Of a DNA stretch of 64,000 bases, positions 21,314 to 32,800 are shown piece after piece. The position numbers and the translations under genes were made by a program. The stretch is from the NCBI GenBank assembly GCA_036867785.1, contig CP145418.1:372001-436000 (forward strand), in the 5' to 3' direction. This stretch comes from Plasmodiophora brassicae (lineage: Eukaryota). The notes below the pieces were generated by a model. It was not told where the DNA came from, did no database searches, and saw only the letters and a list, made by a program, of their open reading frames with translations. The first letter of the stretch is position 1, and each line of letters opens with the position of its first letter.

Positions 21314-23761
21314 TCACCAGTAATCGTTGCATGAGCAGTGTCCACAGGCAAAGTTATGATGGCGCGTCGCATCGCGTACGTAAACATGTCGGTCGTACAT
21401 GAGCGAGATACGCTTGATCGCCTGGTGACAAGTGTCGCATAGGCGTCCGTGCTTGAATAAGCGGATCGGCTCGCCATCAGGGACAAGGTCAAAAGCGTCC
21501 GCAATCGCACGTATAACGGAGTGGTGGGCGAAAGGCGGCTCGCTACTGGCCCTAACGGGACCCAGCGCAGAACGTCTGTTCAAGCGTTCAATCAGTCGAT
21601 CATGCTGAGCGGAACGAGATCGGGGAGAATCGGCCACAGCACGCTCAAACTGTACGTTACGATCTGCAAGGTGCAATATCGTTGCGTCCGGCAATGCACG
21701 CAGGCCCTTCGACGCCTTCTCCTCCTGCAGGCGGGAAACGTCCTCGAATCGGCCGGCGCTGTTGTATAGGTCCATCAACAGCGTGTACGCGGATGCGAGA
21801 TCACGCGAGTCCAATGCAAGAGCTCCGATGCTCGAGAATACGCGCTCTGCGCGATCCAGATCGTTATGCCTGCGGCAGGCAACAAGCATCGCCATCCAGG
21901 GTAGAACCCCATTCTCGGCAAAGTCGACAGCGACTCGCTCCGCTGCATCCAGATCACCAGTCCGGCCGTGAAGGTCGACTAAGGAGGCACGGTGCAACGA
22001 ACCCAGAGGTAAAGCTTTGAACTCAGACAGGAGGCATAGAGCGCGATCTCGGTCGCCGACATGGCTACATCCCATTAGCAGAGATGCAAGCGTCCGACCG
22101 GTTGCCGACAGGCCACACGACTTCATCTGCTCGAGCGCTTCCAGTGCATTGGCAAGCTTTCCATGCATGCAATACGCCTCGATGATGGCGTCGAACGTAT
22201 CGATATGACTCTGATCCGGAAGCGAACAACGGCCGTGGAATAAGCCCACTGCTGCATCGAGATACCCCGATTGGGAATATGCGGTGATGAACGAGCTGAC
22301 CGTTAAATCATCGCATAGCAAATCGTGCTGCTGGGCGTGGTCAAGCAGGACCCGCAGAGTTGAATGGTCGTGGCACCGTCCAGACGCCATAATGAGCGCC
22401 CTGAACGTTGGAGACTTGTTCATACTGGAATGTACTCCAGAGGCGCAAAAGAACAATCGTGAAGCATCGGCGATGTTGTCGCTGTTAGCAAGAGCGGATA
22501 TAAGACAAGAGTACGTCGCCACGATCGGAACCTGACCCGCCGCTTCCAGTTGGTCAACCATTGCGATAGCGTTTTGAAATTTGTCATGATGGGCATACGC
22601 TAACACCATCGCATGAAAGACCACAAGGTCGGGGTCCGAGACAGCGCGCCGCGCCTCAAAGACTGTCTTAGCAGCGTCGAGCTGGCCACAGTGGTCGTAG
22701 GCCGAGACGAAGGCGCTCACAATAAAATCGTTCAACGACAGCCATCCCTTGGCATGTGCATACTCGTGAAGCACGGCAATAGAGGAGGCATCCCGTTGCC
22801 GTCCGCAAGCAGAAACGAGAGTCGAGAACACGGGTGCGTCAATATGCACATTGTGGCTCGTCATTCTGAGGAACAGGGACATGGCCTGCGTTATGCGACC
22901 GGCTTTCGCCATCATGAAGAGAACATGAGTGTAGATCTGCCAGGACGGCGGCGTACCAATAGAATCCATGAGTTTCAGGGCGTTAACAGCCTGCTCGAAT
23001 CGGTGTTGTGCCAGCAATGCCGTCATCAGATTGGCGAACAACTGCTGGTTGTGCTGCGGCGCAATGACGTTCTGACGAAGCAGGTCGAACAGTTGCTCGG
23101 CAGTGTCGGCAGCTTGAGGGCATTGGGATTCGGCACAGCACACTGCAAATATGGACAAAAGTCGCTCACTGAACTCGACGCTGCTGTGGACGGCATCGGT
23201 GACCAGGAAGAGCGCCGACGATGGGCTTTTCGACAGCCTACAGATGTTGGCGACCCCGAAGATGACTTCGTGGGAGCGCAACCCGCACCTGGCGTACAGA
23301 TCGAGGGCCTGGCGTAGGAGAGGTGGGCTGGTTTTCTGACAAGCACCGAGGAAGGTACAGAACATCATATCACAAACGGGGACATCACGAGATACGGCCG
23401 CATGAAGCACGGAAGGCGCCTTGGAGGGAAAGTGCCGTTTGCAAAACGATAACATGGACTGGAAGAACGGCGACCGCAGTGGAATGCCACTATCAAGGAT
23501 GCGGTGGAACACCGACGTAGCATGCATTGGGTCGTTCGTCTCCTTCAGGATACGGATGGCCAGCTGCACTCTTGGCCGTCGGAAGAATGCATCAAGTCGG
23601 TGGGATGCAGAAGATCGCCTCCTCGGTTGCACCTGCGGATGCCTGGCAGGAGACGCTACCGCGCATTTCGATGCAGATGCGGAAAAGCCTGCAGCGTTGC
23701 TGCTGCAGTTGAATTGGCCCCTGAGTGCGACGACTGCGGTTTGACGAGCAAACACGAGCAT
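21314..23761 (-). CDS. Pentatricopeptide-repeat protein with C-terminal E/DYW-like deaminase domain; probable mitochondrial targeting
   Basis: About 815-aa intronless ORF with an Arg/Ser/Ala-rich N-terminus and PPR-like repeats. It ends PIRLFKHGRLCDTCH...VRDATRHHNFACGHCSCNDYW. Confidence 0.93.
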   Translation of the reverse strand: MLVFARQTAVVALRGQFNCSSNAAGFSASASKCAVASPARHPQVQPRRRSSASHRLDAFFRRPRVQLAIRILKETNDPMHATSVFHRILDSGIPLRSPFFQSMLSFCKRHFPSKAPSVLHAAVSRDVPVCDMMFCTFLGACQKTSPPLLRQALDLYARCGLRSHEVIFGVANICRLSKSPSSALFLVTDAVHSSVEFSERLLSIFAVCCAESQCPQAADTAEQLFDLLRQNVIAPQHNQQLFANLMTALLAQHRFEQAVNALKLMDSIGTPPSWQIYTHVLFMMAKAGRITQAMSLFLRMTSHNVHIDAPVFSTLVSACGRQRDASSIAVLHEYAHAKGWLSLNDFIVSAFVSAYDHCGQLDAAKTVFEARRAVSDPDLVVFHAMVLAYAHHDKFQNAIAMVDQLEAAGQVPIVATYSCLISALANSDNIADASRLFFCASGVHSSMNKSPTFRALIMASGRCHDHSTLRVLLDHAQQHDLLCDDLTVSSFITAYSQSGYLDAAVGLFHGRCSLPDQSHIDTFDAIIEAYCMHGKLANALEALEQMKSCGLSATGRTLASLLMGCSHVGDRDRALCLLSEFKALPLGSLHRASLVDLHGRTGDLDAAERVAVDFAENGVLPWMAMLVACRRHNDLDRAERVFSSIGALALDSRDLASAYTLLMDLYNSAGRFEDVSRLQEEKASKGLRALPDATILHLADRNVQFERAVADSPRSRSAQHDRLIERLNRRSALGPVRASSEPPFAHHSVIRAIADAFDLVPDGEPIRLFKHGRLCDTCHQAIKRISLMYDRHVYVRDATRHHNFACGHCSCNDYW

Positions 23762-24244
23762 CGACAACACCGCACATCCGCGCGCAATGTTGAAGGCGCT
23801 GCTGAAATCGGTATCGAGTCACTCACTCCGCAAACAATTATTTAGTTGAACAACCAAGGAACGCGGGAACTCGCAAGTCACGACACGCCTCTCTCCACAG
23901 TTCAAACGTTCGAAAAACGCGTCGCGGATAACCTGAGAGTTCTGATTGAAGCATCCGCTACAAGTTACCATCTACGGCGAAGGCAGCCTAGACAAAAGCG
24001 ATGCCGATGTTGTGCCATTGTCTCATTGATGGGATAATCGAGTTACATAGCGATCGCTTAGGTATGTAGGTAGGTCAACCCGCTCAACCGTAACGCAGTT
24101 TGGCACGGATTGCGCAAGCGTGCAGCCGCCGGGGTTGCTGGTGCGTGGTTCTAAAAGTCCGTGGAACGTTCCGTGGTGTTGCCATTGATCATCGATTTTG
24201 GTCGTTTGGCACGTCATTGCATATCGCGTTCAATCCGGGACATC

Positions 24245-24799
24245 ATGACTGCCTCCGAACCGCTTGTCCCGACTCTGCTGTGGGGCCAGGACAAAGAACA
24301 CATCTACGCGACGATCAACGTTCCTGATCTGGAGTCCGCCGACGTGTCCTTCGAGGAGACCAAGCTAACCTTCTCGGGCAGCAAGGGCGAGCGCTCCGGT
24401 GATGCCAAGGAGTACCAGATGTCCATTGAGTTGGCGCACCCGATTAACACCAGTGCATGCAATTGGGCGAAGCGGCCGCGAAATGTCCAGATTGTAATGG
24501 CGAAGAAGGAGTCGGACACGAAGTGGGCACAATTTGCGAAGGACGCCAAGCGATGGAAGGCACATATCAGCGTGGACTGGAACAAGTGGGTTGATTCCGA
24601 CGACGAAGACGATGTTCCTGGGCGATTCGACGACATGAAGGACCTGATGGGCGGCGGCATGGATTTCTCCTCGATGATGAAGGGTGCTAGCGGCATTCCC
24701 GGCGACATCAACGCTAATGAGGAAGACAGCGATGACGACCTTCCGGAACTCGAAGAGACACCCGCGCAAGCGCCGGCCGAAACCGAGGCGTCGGCCTGA
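24245..24799 (+). CDS. p23/Sba1 Hsp90 co-chaperone (CS domain)
   Basis: PTLLWGQDKEHIYATI and ISVDWNKWVDSDDED motifs; acidic tail. Confidence 0.92.
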   Translation: MTASEPLVPTLLWGQDKEHIYATINVPDLESADVSFEETKLTFSGSKGERSGDAKEYQMSIELAHPINTSACNWAKRPRNVQIVMAKKESDTKWAQFAKDAKRWKAHISVDWNKWVDSDDEDDVPGRFDDMKDLMGGGMDFSSMMKGASGIPGDINANEEDSDDDLPELEETPAQAPAETEASA

Positions 24800-24923
24800 T
24801 TTCGCCATGTTCGATACCGGACTATTCCTACTTTACTGATAAAATGTTGTGCTTTCGAGCACCGGCTTCGCAACTCTATCATAAGTGTCGGGGCGTGAGT
24901 AACGCTTGTTCAGGGCACGCGCC

Positions 24924-25383
24924 ATGCAAAAGTCGGCGCCTACCGAGCAAGGGTCGTCAATAGCAGACACGCGTCGTAGTCAGCATGTGCGTACGGTCGG
25001 TGTGTTCAAGGTGCACTCATTACAGCTGGGAACGTACGTAACCTGCAGCCCGCTCAGGTCATGCTGTCACTAACGGCATCCCAGCATGCGTGTTTGTGGT
25101 TCTGCAGGGTAAAACAGATCCAGGCAGCGGGACGCCAGCGCACGTAGCGACCGCAGTTGAAGACGGCCTTGCCACCGGCTATCATCGGCGGGACGTTCTC
25201 AGGCATGTGCCACTAGCAGAACGGTGCCAGTGCGATCGGAGCCAAAGGTCGCTGTCACCGCTGGAGAAGTCTGTCCCCGAGCGAAAGGTCAACAGGCTGT
25301 CTGGAATCCCGCGTGTCGTCTACACAGACGAGCAACTGTTAGAGCTCATCGACGACAAGCAGAGCAAAGCACCGACGGCGTAA
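24924..25383 (+). CDS. Possible small hypothetical protein
   Basis: A short ORF preceded by intron-like GT..AG segments. No recognisable domain. Confidence 0.25.
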
Positions 25384-25661
25384 TAAATCGCCGTCCTCTT
25401 TGGTCACTGGCGGGCCTGTCGCCTTCGCCAATCAACGTTCGGGATGGTTGCTATATTTATAGCTTCACGTGCAGCGCTTTCGCAACACCAGCGTTCGTCA
25501 TTGCGGCAGCGGCCATCGCGAGGCCTGCACGTACCGTGCTCGCGATCGAAGGCGCGATTGCTGGACAGTGAGCGCGTGACTCACGCTCCGCGTCGTTCGT
25601 GGCCGACGTTCCGGTTCCCGCTGTTATTCATTTCCAATCCCGTCCACCGCCGTGCTTCACC

Positions 25662-26198
25662 ATGAGGCTGCTGCCGATCATCATCGCCATCGTCCTCGTC
25701 GGCACACTGGAGGCCAGGCGGCGGCCGCCAACGTACTACCAGTTGCTCAATGTCAGTCAGACCGCCACGGCGGCGGAAATCAAGGCAGCATACCGCACGC
25801 TGGCTTTCAAATTGCACCCGGATCGAAACAGCGACGCCCATGCTGCCAAACGGTTCATTCGCGTTAAGGACGCGTACGAGAAACTATCCAGTGTTAATCA
25901 TCGTGCCGCGTACGACCTGTTCCTCAAGATGCACAATGGATATCATCACGATGAGTGGGACAAGAACGGTAGTTTCTCGCAGTGGCAGAACCTGATGAAC
26001 ATGATGGACATCGCCGACTACCACTGGATGTACCAGATCGTGATCACGCTGCTGGCCATCGGCGCCGGGTCATGCGTGTGCGGTGCCGTCATTACGTTGT
26101 TCCTACCCGTATTCTCGTTCATCAGCTCCTGGCTGTTCTGGATCATGCTCGGCGTCTCTCTCTACAACAGTGCGGGCGATTGGTACAAAGCCAAATAA
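25662..26198 (+). CDS. DnaJ (J-domain) protein with signal peptide and C-terminal TM helices
   Basis: Signal MRLLPIIIAIVLVGTLEA; J-domain YYQLLNV...EIKAAYRTLAFKLHPDRN with HPD. Confidence 0.93.
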   Translation: MRLLPIIIAIVLVGTLEARRRPPTYYQLLNVSQTATAAEIKAAYRTLAFKLHPDRNSDAHAAKRFIRVKDAYEKLSSVNHRAAYDLFLKMHNGYHHDEWDKNGSFSQWQNLMNMMDIADYHWMYQIVITLLAIGAGSCVCGAVITLFLPVFSFISSWLFWIMLGVSLYNSAGDWYKAK

Positions 26199-26432
26199 CA
26201 AATGCTCCCGTGTTTACAACGTGTTATCTGGACATTCCAACTTATCATTACGACTGTGGCTACGCCAAAACTTACTGGTGATATTCGTTCGAGCAGCCTG
26301 GCTCCGTTGTTTTGGGGGCCGGCCGTCGCTCGTAACGGTGTCGGACTTCAGTCCTACGTGACTGTAGGAAAATCTTGTCGTGGTCGGGAGCGTCGCCGCC
26401 CGGGGCGAGCTGCAGACCGGAGCGCGGCAGCC

Positions 26433-27888
26433 ATGTCGACGGCGACGCTTGCCCAGCGGACGCAGGAGAAGCTGATGGACCAGATCAAGGAGCTGCGCAA
26501 ACTGAAGGAGAATCGGAAGTGCTTCGAGTGCCAGTCGAAGCAGCCGGCGTGCGTCGATATGACGCACAACACGTTCGTCTGCATGACCTGCGGCGGGATC
26601 TTGCGCATGTTCAACTGTCGTGTGAAATCGATCTCGATCTCGTCGTTCACATCCAGCGAGGTGGAGGCGTTGAGCTCCGGTGGCAACAAGGTTGCTAAAA
26701 AGAAATGGCTGGCTGGTTTCACCGGAGAATATCCCACGTCGGGCAACACCGAACAGATCAAAGACTTCATTCGAAAGAAGTACGAGGAGCAGACCTGGAC
26801 GAAGAAATCCGGCGCTTCCAAGAGACAATCAAAGCGCAGGGGGTCGAAGAAAGAGGTCGTGAAAGAGGATGAGAACGACGACGATGACGACGTTGAAGAA
26901 GGCGATAGCGAAGCAGAGGTATTATTATCACGTGCACACGTCTGGTTCAACTAGCGACTTACCGATGGCGTCATAGGTGCCTGTTAAAGCTGAAAGAAGG
27001 AAGTCAACAAAGGCAGAGCGGAAGGCCACCAAAGAGCCGCCCAAGCAGCCTGACCTTCTCGATCTGTCTGCGATGTTTAGCACCGCGGCCGCGGTTGGTC
27101 AGACACCAGCACCCGCTGCTACCGGGTCCGACTGGTCGTTTGGTGCACAGCCGCCCGCACCTGCTGCGGCCCACCCGCCATGGGGCCAATCAGCTGCTCC
27201 TGTATTTACGACGCCGGCACCAGTGGCTCCACAGGCGCCGTTCCCAAACGCGGACCCCTTCGCCGACCTGCTGGCGTCGGGCGCCAATACCGCTTCCGCT
27301 CAGCAAGACATGTTCTTTAAGCCCGAATCATCACCGTTCGACGCATCCAATCCATTCGCAACGCCAATGTCCCCGAAGCCCGTTCAAGCCGTACCTTTCG
27401 GGGCCGCCCCATCACTGTCGCGGCCAACATCGTTGGACATGCGCTCTACTGCCTCGAAAAATGCCCCTCAAGCAGGTGACCCTTTCGGCACAGCGCCTGC
27501 CGTGTCGCAGCACTCGTCGTTCGACACGTTCTCGGCTCCCGCGTCGTTCTATGGCAGTTCACCGTTCGGTGCTGCCAATCCACAACCTGTGCAACCGCAA
27601 CCATTCGGCACACCTGTTGGCTACAGCCAGCAGAACGCATTTGCAAGTCAACCGTTTGGGCAGCCTGCGCAACCAGTGTACGCAGCGATGCCACAGCAAG
27701 CCGCACCGTTTGGCGCTCCTCCCCTTCAACAAGCGCAACAATCGTATCAGCAACCGTTCGGAGCCCCTCTCGCGCCACAATACGCTCATCAACCTCAGAC
27801 GGCGCCGGCTCAGCAAGGGTTCCCCGCCTATGGCGAGAACCCATCGTCTCGTCATACGTCCGTCGATCTGTCCAACCCGTTCATGTGA
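26433..27888 (+). CDS. ArfGAP with FG/NPF-rich tail (AGFG/HRB-like)
   Basis: C-x2-C-x16-C-x2-C-x4-R zinc finger; intron 26919-26976; low-complexity tail with DLL, DPF, PFG and terminal NPF motifs. Confidence 0.9.
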
Positions 27889-27987
27889 TATATTCAATGC
27901 AAACCCGCAAAGCTGGTTGATAATAAGATGGAATCATTTGGTCTCTATAGCAGCGTACACGATACGCATGGAAGCGGGCGACCGGAA

Positions 27988-28680
27988 TCAGAGGATGGTG
28001 TTGAAGTACGACGATGTCAGGGCACGACGCCTGTTCTTGTCGAATGCTTCCTCGACGCGTAGGATTCTCCCGAAGAACAAGCACCCGTGCAATTCGTTGA
28101 CGGCCATATGCACGCTCGACTCGCATGAGAATGCCACGAATCCGAACCCACGGCTCTGCCCGGTGCTGTGATCGGCAATGATGCGGGCCTGCTGGCAGTT
28201 CCCGTACAGGTGGAAGCAGCGCCATAGGTCGACAGCATCGACCGACGAATCCAGGTTGCCAATAAACACCTCGAGGAGGTCGGGGATGGGCGGGACCAGC
28301 AGTCGGGTAACGGTGGCCGCTGGACGAAACACGGCGCCCTCCGGCTTATCGAGAAGATTCTGCCGTACCGCCGGGCACACCCATGTGTTCAACGCCTTGA
28401 CCTGTACGAAGCCGCTGCTGTCGGAAGCGGCCTTCGGAAAGGTACCGACTTGCCCCGCGTTGTAGAACGCGTTCATGTAGCGTCGTTGATGCCAAGGATC
28501 GCTAGGAACGATGTCCAGCGGCGTTACTGGGACCGAGTCTGAAGCCGGTCCTTCTTTAGTGCGGCCGTTTTCCCAAGAGCTTCGATCCTTCTCGGAGAAG
28601 ATCAGATGGTATCGCGTATAGTCCACGACGGGCAACCGGTCATTGTCCAGATGATCACCTAGTTGACTTGCCGCCCCCAT
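27988..28680 (-). CDS. Single-RRM RNA-binding protein
   Basis: RNP2 VFIGNL and RNP1 RGFGFVAF. Confidence 0.88.
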   Translation of the reverse strand: MGAASQLGDHLDNDRLPVVDYTRYHLIFSEKDRSSWENGRTKEGPASDSVPVTPLDIVPSDPWHQRRYMNAFYNAGQVGTFPKAASDSSGFVQVKALNTWVCPAVRQNLLDKPEGAVFRPAATVTRLLVPPIPDLLEVFIGNLDSSVDAVDLWRCFHLYGNCQQARIIADHSTGQSRGFGFVAFSCESSVHMAVNELHGCLFFGRILRVEEAFDKNRRRALTSSYFNTIL

Positions 28681-29858
28681 AGCAGTACCATAGACGAGCT
28701 ACCCGATATCGGAACGGAATCGGACGCTGTGTCCACTGTCCGCGCGTTGTTGAACCGGACGATCAGATTAAGGTGTCGGAGCGCGGCGTCGACCGGCGCG
28801 TGCGCCGAACCTTCCTTGTGGTCGTTACAAACCGATTAGGTGGGCAGATCTGCGTTCCAAACAAGTAGCGGCTCGCAAAGGACGCCAGCTGGAGGATGGG
28901 TCATTCTGAGGGCGCTTGATCAACAGAATGCTGGAACGCATTGATGATGAATGCAACATCGTCGGCTAATCTTCTCCTGCAATACTAATGGACGTTCGCA
29001 CTTGTTCTGACATCCAGGTTCGGCTGGAAACAACATCCAATTGCCTCTACGCTGACGTAAAACCCCATCCATGTGACATTCTGTTATACACTCGCCCCGT
29101 CTTCGTCCCGCCTAAAGGCGTGCGCGTCTGTTTATGAGTTGTGATGTATTCGCATAAACTTCCTCTAGTTCCATAAAAATCTGTCCATGGGAACACGCCG
29201 GCGATGCAGTCTGGAATTTTCGTGAGTGAACATTCGATGACCGCAATGACGGTGCTGCTCGTGTACCCGGTACAGCACCCATGTTCCACAGAGATTCCCT
29301 CCCGAAGATGGCAAACAGATTGCCAGAACCGGTTGGTTGGTCTGCACAGTCCTTCGAAATACATGTCAGCCTCTACACCCTTCTACGTATGAGCCAACGC
29401 AACGCGACTTTGAGCAATCACCTTCAAACAAACTTGAGATTAGAAACCGAATACGTCATATCCCTGTTTTATCGTAGACTGATGTTGTCAACTAGACCAC
29501 AGGAGCAGCTACGTCTGTCTCTTATGCGGCGACTCTGGTCTACACTACCAAGTTGACGCTTGAATGCGGAGACGTACGAGTCGCCCATCTCAAGCGGGAG
29601 TTCCTCCCCATATTTAAGACCTCTCCACGGTTGCCCCCGGATCCGTCTGCAGGGCTCGACAAATCTGTCCGAACTGCTGCAATTGCACCAGGCACCTGAC
29701 CTTCGCAGGAACTATCGTACATTGCTCGTGATGATTGATTGACCGAAGACAGCTGCTGCACAGCGCCGCTTTTTACGGCCTTTTTTGCTCTCCACTGGTG
29801 CAGCGATACGGCCATCTCGGCCATTATTGATTGCCGTTTGGCGATCGCCGGTCACCCA

Positions 29859-32800
29859 ATGAAGGTCAAGGCGCGGTATCGGGAACGGGCGACGCCGGTA
29901 CCGGCCGATGCGGATCCCGTCCGCGTTGCCATGTCGCGCGCAGATATCCCTGTTGAAGAACTGGCACATCTCGCCAAGCAAGTGGCCGATCGGCCTCGAT
30001 GGCCGTACTTCGCGTCCGCGCCGTCGCTGCTCGATTGGGTCGATACGCTAGATCGCATTGATGATGTCATTGGAAATCCGCAAACGCAGTCTGTTCATCT
30101 GGTCCCCATTCTTGCCTTCCTACGCCAACTGATTGTTAATGTCGGCGACACTCGCGTATATAACTCTGCAGAGGTAATGTGGTTCGATTCTCTCATCACG
30201 TTGTTTGTTAATATCATGTCCAATTCAGCACCTGGTTGCCCTGCTGGAGCACACAGACCCAGGCGTAATCCTGGGGACACTGAACGTCGTTCGTGCTCTG
30301 GCTCAGTCAGGTCAAGCAGCTATCCGCCTGTCTCATCGGGCACAACCGCTTCTGAGGCCCAGGGTACACGCGCTCGCCACCCTGGTTGTCACGTCTGACG
30401 GCTATTCGATGCGGAATTTGGCCAAGTCAGCTGTGCCTGGTAAAGGCCCTGTGACAGAGCCGGATGTGTCTTCATCTACGGACGAGTTTATCGCACGGCA
30501 TCGCTCTGCAATTGCTTCAGGATCACCAGACGTTTGCCGACTCTATGTTCGCGTCGTTCTTAAGGCAGTGCAAGTGGCCATAGCGCTGCAGTCTCCAGCA
30601 CTTGCATCGACGTCATCGATTGCCCAGCAAATCCTTGGCCTGATCGAGAACTCGAACGATGATGCGGATGCGTCAACGGACGGTCTTGTCGTCGAAGCCT
30701 TGCGAACGCTTACTGAATTGTCAACTGTCCCCATGACGCGACGACGTTTGATTGAAGCCTCCGTATTTGACGAGGATGGCCTCATCATGAATGGGTTCCA
30801 TTCAGCCGTCGAGGCTGCTCGGCGTGGGTCGTCCATCGATCGTCTTAGCGCCTATCTGTCTCTTTTTCTTGAACTTGTATCCTCCGATTCTGGTGAAAGA
30901 GGAAGCGGTGCGAGTTCAACGATTCTCGGCCGCGCCATTGATGCTGACAGTCTGATCCGTTGTTTGTCGTCTCTCATGGAAGACGGATTCATGAACCTTA
31001 TTCCTGAAATATGTGCCCTACTCGCAACGCTCTTGATTGGAAGTAGCGCTTCTCGCGCAGCATTCCAAGAGCAGAATGTACTGGAGAAGGTTTTCAAGTG
31101 CCTGTCGTCCATTCTTTCAGCTCCCGAACCGGACGTGCATAATTCCATGCCAGCATTACAATCTTTGCTGCGAATCGTGACGATATCTGTCCAGCGAAGT
31201 CGGGTTGTGATTCCGCAGACAATAGTCAGTGATTCTGACTTCGTCCGAATCTCCATCTCACTGTGGAACTATGCACTATCGCCTGGCAGCGTTGACGCTC
31301 AAGCGTTATTGCTTTTCGCGACATCGTGCAATGTCGTGTCGCGATTCATTCAAAACCGCCCGCGCTCCCTTCCAGCTATGCATCGGGAGGGTTTGACTGC
31401 GGAGTATTTCAGACGGTTGCCAACCGCTCTTGAACTTTCCAGTCGCGATTATAGATCTGCCCATTTCGACACTGTTGTCAAAGTGTTCTTGGATTTGGTT
31501 AGGTCACTTGCGATCCATAGTTCTGGTTTAGCAGCTGTGCTTGCTGCCGACCCGATCCAACATGTCGTTCCGTTGCTGTCTCTCCCCATCCCGAACGGCA
31601 TCCTGGCCATAGGACGAAGTATCGAGGAATGGATGCGACATTATTCAGAGTTTGAAGAGCCTGTTTTGACGGCTGTCGTGACCTGGCTGAAAGGTTTACA
31701 TGATGACTTGAGTGACGATACTCCAATTGTCAACGGCTGCCAACTACTGAAATGCATTGTCCCTCGGCATGTTGCGAAATTCTGCGCCGTCAATGGTGCA
31801 ACTCAGCTGCTCCAGTTCGCCTCGAGTCCGTCGCAGAAGACACGTCTACGTATTCATGGTATCGGACGCGAAGGTCCTTTCCCTGACCTGTGCCCGCCTC
31901 TGTCACTCGGCGACGATGCTGGTCATCTGACACCAGCAGCGGATTCTCTTGCGGAGGTATACTCATGGCTTGCAGTTCAGCAGGCTAGACTCCCGATGGA
32001 TTCGCTTTTCGAACGCATTCAAAAGGCGACTGAAACTATTACGAAATCCTCTGGATTTTCAAATCCAAACTACCTGTGGCCTTTCGATTCTGAATCCGAT
32101 ACGTCTCCTTGCGACCGCGCTTTAGAGCAATGCGTCTCGATTGCGGCTCTGCATTTCTATTTATCCATCCTACTTCGTATCCTTCGCCGCACACCTACTT
32201 TCCAGTTACGCCAGTCGACGTTATCCTCCGTGTTTGCGTCGATTTCTCGGGTCGTCGCTCGCGTTGAGTGGGCTTTGGTCTGTATCCAGGGCAACGATAC
32301 GCTTGCCCGGTTTCGAGATATCCTGGTTCATTTTGACCGGACGTATCATTGTTTGCAATGCGCCTTTACGGAACGTGGCTCGGGCCGTTCGGCTGAGCAC
32401 GGTGTCTTTCTTCCGCTGTCGCTTCAGAATGCGGCGTACCTGCTTCAGTGGCGCCCGCCGTTCTATGCCCCTGTCAACCTCCCTGTCAACGACTTGTGGA
32501 AGTGTTTAATAGATTTCACTGCCCAGGCAGTCAGGGACGCGCGCCTGTCACTTCTGAAGCAAAGACTCTCTCCGTCTGGGTCGCGGATGGTTGTAAACTC
32601 TATCGTTGCGGAAGGCAAGACGTCGCTGAAACGCATTGTTGAGTTGTGGCGTTGGTCGATCTGCGCAGTGTGCAACCCACCATCATCTAGTGATCATCCT
32701 TGGGCTGGTGGACCCTCTGAACAGCACCGCATGAAGACTCGGAAAACGCATAGTTCTTCTGACGCTCCAACATCAGTGCCTGCATGGTCATGGCCTTTGA

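Noticed and set aside
28890-29745. Possible multi-exon gene between the RRM and HECT genes
   Set aside because: Splice-like signals are present on the + strand, but I could not assemble a convincing frame or domain.
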